Under the pieces are notes generated by a model. That model made no database searches and was not told where the DNA came from. It saw nothing but the letters and a program-made list of their open reading frames with translations. From Acidimicrobiia bacterium (GTDB taxonomy: Bacteria; Actinomycetota; Acidimicrobiia; Spongiisociales; ZC4RG35): a DNA stretch of 64,000 nt. Position numbers and translations under genes: made by a program. This document shows, piece after piece, positions 58,686 through 64,000 of the stretch; position 1 is the first letter of the stretch; every line of letters starts with the position of its first letter. Location of the stretch: positions 341,863 to 405,862 of the forward strand of contig OZ244034.1 of the NCBI GenBank assembly GCA_965215185.1. Reading direction: 5' to 3'.

Positions 58686-60037
58686 ACGACATCCGAGCCC
58701 AATTTGTGGAGCGCTACCGGCAGCGCACCCCCCGATCCCGCCGACTATACGAGCAGGCAAAAGAACATCTCCCGGGTGGAGTTCCCGGTAACGCCGGATA
58801 CCGGCCGCCCCACCCGCTGTATGTGGACCGCGCCAGCGGACCCTTTCTCTGGGATATCGACGGTAACCGGTACATCGACTCTCTGATCGGCGGCGGCCCT
58901 CATATCCTGGGCCATTCTCCACCGGCGGTGATGAATGCGGTGGCGGAACAACTCTCGGCGGGTACCAGCACCATCGCCCCCCCGCCCACCGCCGTGGCTT
59001 TGGCCAGGCGGATCAAAAAGCACATGCCACACATGGAGATGGTGCGTTTCGTGCATACCGGCTCGGAGGCGGTCCACATGTCAATGCGGGTGGCCCGCGC
59101 TTTCACCGGGAGACCGAAGATCGGAAAATTCGAGGGCAACTTCCACGGCGGCTACGACAACCTGCTCGTCAGCGGAACGTCGTTCGGTGGACCCGAGGAG
59201 CGGCCGCTGTCTGTCCCGGAGGGGGCAGGAATCCCTCAGAGTGTTCTTGACGATACGGTGGTGTTGCCGTTCAACAACACCGACGCTACGGTGGCTCTCA
59301 TCGAGCGGCACGCCAGTGAACTGGCCGCGGTGATGGTCGAGGCGGTGGGCGGAACCTGGCTGGGAGGTATTGTGGCCGAACAGGGGTTTTTGGAGGCGCT
59401 TCGGGAGGTAACCGCCCGCCACGGGATCCTGCTGATCTTCGATGAGGTGATCACCGGCTTCCGAGTGGCCCTGGGCGGAAGCGCCGCCGTCACCGGAATT
59501 ACTCCCGATCTGACCGCCTTGGCCAAGACAATCGGAGGAGGGTTCCCGATGGGAGCGTTCGGTGGTCGACGCGATGTTATGGACCAGGTGGTCACTCCCA
59601 AACGGGATGCAAGCGATGACCGCGTCACCATTTTCCAGTCGGGGACTTTTCAGAGCAATCTGGTGTCCTTGACGGCAGGGCTGGCAATGCTCTCGGAACT
59701 GGAGAAACCGGGCGTTTATGAAAAGCTGAACGATCATGGTGATCAAGTGCGCCAGGGGATGGAAAAGATCGGCGCCAATTTGGGCCTCCCCATCCAGGCC
59801 ATCGGGCAGGGATCCATCTTTGGGGTTTATTTTGCCGAGGAACCGGTCCGCAATATCCGGGATGTGGTGCGAAGCGACCGAGAACTGGCCGGGATCTTTT
59901 ATCTGGGACTATTGGCCCATGGAGTGTTTATCACCCCCTATCACCTGGGATTCACCAACGCCGCGCAGACTCAGTCGGAGATTGATGGGATACTCGACAT
60001 CTGTCAAGCCGTGCTGGAAACCATCATGGAGGGCTGA
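58682..60037 (+). CDS. class-III (omega) PLP aminotransferase (GSA-aminomutase / omega-transaminase fold)
   Basis: 451 aa. 'GGGPHILGHSPPAV', 'LIFDEVITGFR' and 'LAKTIGGGFPMGAFGG' (PLP-lysine) are class-III motifs. There is a 4-bp overlap with the hyuB stop. Confidence 0.8.
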   Translation: MNDIRAQFVERYRQRTPRSRRLYEQAKEHLPGGVPGNAGYRPPHPLYVDRASGPFLWDIDGNRYIDSLIGGGPHILGHSPPAVMNAVAEQLSAGTSTIAPPPTAVALARRIKKHMPHMEMVRFVHTGSEAVHMSMRVARAFTGRPKIGKFEGNFHGGYDNLLVSGTSFGGPEERPLSVPEGAGIPQSVLDDTVVLPFNNTDATVALIERHASELAAVMVEAVGGTWLGGIVAEQGFLEALREVTARHGILLIFDEVITGFRVALGGSAAVTGITPDLTALAKTIGGGFPMGAFGGRRDVMDQVVTPKRDASDDRVTIFQSGTFQSNLVSLTAGLAMLSELEKPGVYEKLNDHGDQVRQGMEKIGANLGLPIQAIGQGSIFGVYFAEEPVRNIRDVVRSDRELAGIFYLGLLAHGVFITPYHLGFTNAAQTQSEIDGILDICQAVLETIMEG

Positions 60038-60079
60038 TTGTTTGACTGGCGCGCAGTTGGGTAGGAGACCGGAGTCGGT

Positions 60080-61294
60080 ATGACGGGAATGCTCTCGGGA
60101 GTGACGGTCCTGGAACTGGGCCAAGTGATCGCTGGCACCTATGGCGGCATGATCCTGGCCGATCTGGGCGCCGAGGTGATCAAGATCGAACCTCCCTGGG
60201 GCGACGCGGCCCGGAACCCGACGATTACTCCGGTGGGAGGGGAGAGCGCCATTCATTTGCAGATGAATCGAGGGAAAAAGAGCATGGTGCTCGACCTGAA
60301 GAGCGACGCGGGGCGGGAGATCTTCTATGGTCTGGTCGCCAAATCGGATGTGGTGATCGACAACTTCCGTCCCGGGGTTATGGCACGCCTGCGGATTGGC
60401 CACGAAAGTCTTCGTCGACACAACCCGCGGCTCATCACGGTTTCCATCACTGGGTTCGGCGCCACCGGACCTGCCCGAGACCGGCCGGCTTTCGATCTGG
60501 TGGTGCAGGCTTACAGTGGTCTTCTCAGCATGACCGGACCGGCCGACGGACCGCCCGCTCGAGTGGGGATTCCCATCGCTGACATCTCCGGTGGAATTTT
60601 TGCCTGTCTGGCGGTGCTGGGAGCTCTGGTAGGTCTGCAGCTGCATGGAGAGCCCAAACACGTTGATGTCTCGATGCTCGACGCGCTGGTCTCCATGTTG
60701 TCTTATGACGCCTTCGATCATTTGAACACCGGTGCCCGAATCGAGCGGCGGGGAACCGCCCACGCTCACATCGTCCCGTGGCAGGCCTTGGCGGTCAAGG
60801 ATGGCTACGTGGTGGTGGCCGTCCGCGGTGAGAAGTTCTGGGGAAACCTCTGTGACGCGATCGGTCGTCCCGACCTCAAGGAAGACCCGCGCACCAGGGA
60901 CAACGCCGCTCGTTTGGAGAATCGTTCCTACGTGGAGAAGATCCTGTCCGAAGCATTTGCTAAGCGGACCAAGGACGAGTGGACCGCAATGATGGAGGAG
61001 TACGATCTTCCTGTCGCCCCGGTCAACGACATAGCGGAGGTATTCACCGACCCGCAGGTCCGGGCCAGGGGGATGGTGCAGCAGTACGGGCATCCTTTTT
61101 TGGGGGATCTCTCATACCCGCCCAGCCCCATGAAGATAAGTGAGTGGAGCTATCCCAACCAGCCCGCTCCCATCCTGGGTCAGCACACCGCCGAGGTGCT
61201 CCTGGAAAAGTTGGCCTACTCGACCGAGGCAATTGAGGAGTTGGTGGCTCGCCGAATCGTGCAGACCGGACCAAGTCAAGGCGAGGGGTTATAG
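60080..61294 (+). CDS. CoA-transferase family III (CaiB/BaiF/Frc-like)
   Basis: 404 aa. 'VLELGQVIAGTYGGMILADLGAEVIKIE' N-terminus and the 'DNFRPG' motif, typical of family III CoA transferases. Confidence 0.8.
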   Translation: MTGMLSGVTVLELGQVIAGTYGGMILADLGAEVIKIEPPWGDAARNPTITPVGGESAIHLQMNRGKKSMVLDLKSDAGREIFYGLVAKSDVVIDNFRPGVMARLRIGHESLRRHNPRLITVSITGFGATGPARDRPAFDLVVQAYSGLLSMTGPADGPPARVGIPIADISGGIFACLAVLGALVGLQLHGEPKHVDVSMLDALVSMLSYDAFDHLNTGARIERRGTAHAHIVPWQALAVKDGYVVVAVRGEKFWGNLCDAIGRPDLKEDPRTRDNAARLENRSYVEKILSEAFAKRTKDEWTAMMEEYDLPVAPVNDIAEVFTDPQVRARGMVQQYGHPFLGDLSYPPSPMKISEWSYPNQPAPILGQHTAEVLLEKLAYSTEAIEELVARRIVQTGPSQGEGL

Positions 61295-61370
61295 GAGTTA
61301 TGGACACTGTGTCTGATATACGGACACTTCCCGAGGGATTAACGATCGGCTCGGCAAGGCGTAGGGTGGA

Positions 61371-62420
61371 ATGATGAGCAACGGCACAGGAATCATCCCT
61401 TCAGTCGTCTCCCATCCCGCCGATCCGGGTTCCACCGACCGTCCGGAAACAGGGGAGGCAGTGTTGCACGGTTGGAGCGATGCCCAACTTCACGACATCT
61501 TCCGATCCATGTACACGATCCGACGGTTTGAAGTAACCATGGAGCGGGCCCACCTCGCCGGTGAACTGTATGGTCCCTTTCACTCCTCAATGGGGCAGGA
61601 GGCCATTTCGGTGGGAGTTTGCGCGGCTCTCCGTAGTGATGATGTGGTCACTTCGACTCACCGGGGGCATGGACACGCCATCGCCAAGGGCGCGCAACTC
61701 GGCCCGGTCTGTGCGGAGCTGTGGGGGAGGGCCACCGGTTACTGTGGAGGCAAAGGCGGATCGATGCACATCGTGAGCACCGAGCACGGGTTTATCGGCC
61801 AGAGTCCGATCATCGGGGGAAGCAGCCTGCTGGCCACCGGCGCCGCTCTTTCTTTTGATCTGACCGGGGACTCGCGGGTGGCCGTGGCGTTCTTGGGAGA
61901 TGGCGCGGTGGGACAAGGCGTCTTCCATGAGACGCTCAATCTGGCGGCCATTTGGCATCTTCCGGTGGTATTTGTGGTGGAGAACAACGGATACGCCCAT
62001 TCATTCCGGGCGGATCAGATGCAGTTGAACCCCGACGTAGCCTCCCGGGCGGAAGGCTACGGGATAGCGGGGGTGGTCGTCGACGGTATTGATGTTTTTG
62101 CGGTTTACGCGGCTACCAGGAATGCGGTGGCTCGGGCGCGGGCGGGCAATGGTCCCACGCTGATAGAAGCCAAGTGCTACCGGTGGCGGGGACACAACCT
62201 AGGGGACGCCGAGCATCTGTACCGGGAGCGAGGAGAAGTGGAGGAGGCGCGAAGGAACGATCCGCTGGAAAGATTCCGTCGCGCCGCATCCGAGCGGGTG
62301 CCGTCCGCTATCTGGGCCGAAATCGAGGCGGCGGTGGACAAAGAGATAGATGAGGCGGCCAGATTCGCCGCCGAATCCCCTTTTCCCGATCCGCAAACCG
62401 CGTTGGAGGGAAGTCTCTGA
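61371..62420 (+). CDS. TPP-dependent 2-oxoacid/acetoin dehydrogenase E1 alpha subunit
   Basis: TPP-binding 'GDGAVGQGVFHETLNLAAIWHLPVVFVVENNGYA' motif (GDG...NN). Confidence 0.8.
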   Translation: MMSNGTGIIPSVVSHPADPGSTDRPETGEAVLHGWSDAQLHDIFRSMYTIRRFEVTMERAHLAGELYGPFHSSMGQEAISVGVCAALRSDDVVTSTHRGHGHAIAKGAQLGPVCAELWGRATGYCGGKGGSMHIVSTEHGFIGQSPIIGGSSLLATGAALSFDLTGDSRVAVAFLGDGAVGQGVFHETLNLAAIWHLPVVFVVENNGYAHSFRADQMQLNPDVASRAEGYGIAGVVVDGIDVFAVYAATRNAVARARAGNGPTLIEAKCYRWRGHNLGDAEHLYRERGEVEEARRNDPLERFRRAASERVPSAIWAEIEAAVDKEIDEAARFAAESPFPDPQTALEGSL

Positions 62421-63412
62421 TGCGGGAGATCATGTTCATCGAAGCAGTGCGGGAGGCACAGGCCGAAGCCTTGGTGGCTGATGACCGGGTGTTCGTGATG
62501 GGACAGGAGATCGGTTCCTACGGAGGGGTATTTCGGGCTACGCAGGATTTCGTCCGCCGGTTCGGTGATAAGCGGGTGCGGGACATGCCGATCGCCGAGC
62601 AGTCGATGCTGGGCGCGGGGGTGGGAGCGGCGGTGATGGGGATGCGTCCCATCGTTGAGGTCATGTTCATGGACTTTGTCGCCTGCGGGATGGACGCCAT
62701 CGTCAACCACGCCGCCAAGATGCGTTACATGTCCGGTGACCAGTTGCGGGTGCCGATGGTCATCCGCACCCAGGGGGGCTCCGGCACCCATCACGGGTCA
62801 CAACACTCGCAGACTCTGGAGAGTTGGTTCCTGCACGTTCCTGGTTTGGCGGTGGTGGTGCCCTCCACTCCCCAGGATGTGAAGGGCCTTTTCAAGAGCT
62901 CGATAGATCTTGACCATCCGGTACTGTTTGTCGAACACCGAGCTCTGTACCGGACCAAGGGAATGGTCACGGATCCGGTGGCGCCGATCCCGCTGGGAAG
63001 AGGGGTGATCCGACGCAATGGGCAGGACGTCACGGTGGCCACCATCGGAAAGTCTGTCCGGCAGGCGCTGACCGCGGCCCGGCAAATGGAAGAGGAAGGA
63101 ATCTCGGTGGAGGTTATCGACCTTCGGACCCTGGTGCCCATGGATGTCGAGATCGTGTTGGAGTCGTTGTCCCGCACCCATCGGCTGGTAGTAGCCCACG
63201 AGGCTGTGGAGAGGGGAGGATGGGCCGGTGAGTTGGTCAGCCGGGTGGTCGCGGAGGGATTCGACGAACTCGACGCGCCTCCCCTGCGGGCGGGCAGCCG
63301 GGCGACGCCCATCCCGTTCGCCCGGGAGTTGGAGGCAGCCATGATATGCGATGAGAGACTGATCGCAAAGCGCATACGACAAAGCCTGGGAATGATGGAG
63401 TACTCAACATGA
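62420..63412 (+). CDS. 2-oxoacid/acetoin dehydrogenase E1 beta subunit (transketolase-like)
   Basis: 'VFVMGQEIGSYGGVFRAT', 'EQSMLGAGVGAAVMGMRPIVEVMF'. Its start overlaps the E1 alpha stop. Confidence 0.8.
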   Translation: MREIMFIEAVREAQAEALVADDRVFVMGQEIGSYGGVFRATQDFVRRFGDKRVRDMPIAEQSMLGAGVGAAVMGMRPIVEVMFMDFVACGMDAIVNHAAKMRYMSGDQLRVPMVIRTQGGSGTHHGSQHSQTLESWFLHVPGLAVVVPSTPQDVKGLFKSSIDLDHPVLFVEHRALYRTKGMVTDPVAPIPLGRGVIRRNGQDVTVATIGKSVRQALTAARQMEEEGISVEVIDLRTLVPMDVEIVLESLSRTHRLVVAHEAVERGGWAGELVSRVVAEGFDELDAPPLRAGSRATPIPFARELEAAMICDERLIAKRIRQSLGMMEYST

Positions 63413-64000
63413 GCAGGGCGGCGGTCGATATCGGGGGGACCTTCACCGACGTGGTCACGGTGAACGAGTCCACTGGTGAACTGATTCAGGCCAAAGCCCT
63501 GACCACCTACCCCGATCCCACGCCAGGCTTTCTGACTGCGCTTGCCAAAGCCACCGATCGAGCCGACCTCGATACGGTCGGGTACGGGACCACCCTGGCC
63601 ACCAACGCGGTATTGACCAAATCAGGCGCCAAGACGGCGTTGTTGACCACCGAGGGGTTCCGTGACGTCCTGGAGATCCGGCGCACCCACCGGTCCACCC
63701 TATTCGACATCTATGAAAAGATCCCCCCTCCCATCGTCCCTCGACCATTGCGGTTCGAGATCCCCGAAAGAACTGCTGCGGATGGCAGTGAGGTGACAGC
63801 GCTCGACGAGCGGGCGGTGCGGGCTGCGGCGGTGCGTATGCGCCGGGCCGGGGTGGAGTCGATCGCGGTCTCCTACCTCTTTTCCTTCATGAACCCCGAT
63901 CACGAGCTTCGCACCCGGGAGATACTGAGAGAAGAGTTGCCGGATCTGCGCGATGACATAACCATCTCATCGGAGGCGCTTCCCCTCCACCGCGAATACG
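63409..64000 (+). CDS. hyuA: hydantoinase A-type subunit, third copy (5' partial; continues beyond window)
   Basis: 'MSRAAVDIGGTFTDVVTVNESTGELIQAKALTTYPD...GTTLATNAVLTK...TTEGFRDVLEIRR'. It is open to the window edge and overlaps the E1 beta stop by 4 bp. Confidence 0.75.
   Translation, partial: MSRAAVDIGGTFTDVVTVNESTGELIQAKALTTYPDPTPGFLTALAKATDRADLDTVGYGTTLATNAVLTKSGAKTALLTTEGFRDVLEIRRTHRSTLFDIYEKIPPPIVPRPLRFEIPERTAADGSEVTALDERAVRAAAVRMRRAGVESIAVSYLFSFMNPDHELRTREILREELPDLRDDITISSEALPLHREY

Overview
This is a high-GC (roughly two-thirds G+C) actinobacterial-type chromosomal window in three parts. About a 16 kb lower-GC accessory island plus about a 4.3 kb nested IS110 array sit between two conserved core regions.

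Core region 1 (1-12.9 kb): a DinG-like helicase C-terminus, a CoA-binding protein, metY, a 5'-truncated Hsp20, a DsbA-like protein, an acyl-CoA dehydrogenase, M50 and M20 peptidases, nucS, a TPP riboswitch controlling a thiamine-type ABC substrate-binding protein plus permease, an LTXXQ-like secreted protein, and a degraded sensor kinase.

Accessory island (13.1-29.0 kb, visibly more AT-rich): a phosphotriesterase-family protein, an amidase, a five-gene Dpp/Opp-type peptide ABC transporter, a hyuB-hyuA hydantoinase-type pair bracketed by inverted ISL3 transposase 3'-end remnants, and a DUF4387/DUF1446 (AtuA-like) pair. It is followed by a nest of at least three IS110-family transposases, each cut at the same C-terminal position, plus further 5'-truncated copies joined by a recurring 26-nt motif.

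Core region 2 (33.4-64 kb) has two parts.
- Purine and osmolyte part: an IS-disrupted S51-like gene, a frameshifted alpha/beta hydrolase, purA, an AlkZ/YcaQ-like protein, a decayed PhyH dioxygenase, purB, and an osmolyte locus (OpuAC-type substrate-binding protein, BCCT transporter). The locus also carries a divergently transcribed protein fusing an OpuAC betaine-binding-like domain to a GluR0-type ligand-gated K+ channel with a canonical TVGYGD filter.
- Catabolic part: msrA, an aminotransferase, a PaaI thioesterase, and a long operon-like cluster (LivJ-like substrate-binding protein, RidA, EthD, IclR, LivHMGF, hyuA-hyuB, class-III aminotransferase, CoA-transferase, TPP-dependent E1 alpha/beta, and a third hyuA) that looks like a lactam/cyclic-amide route.

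The OpuAC-iGluR channel fusion is the most novel element. I found no rRNA, tRNA or CRISPR.
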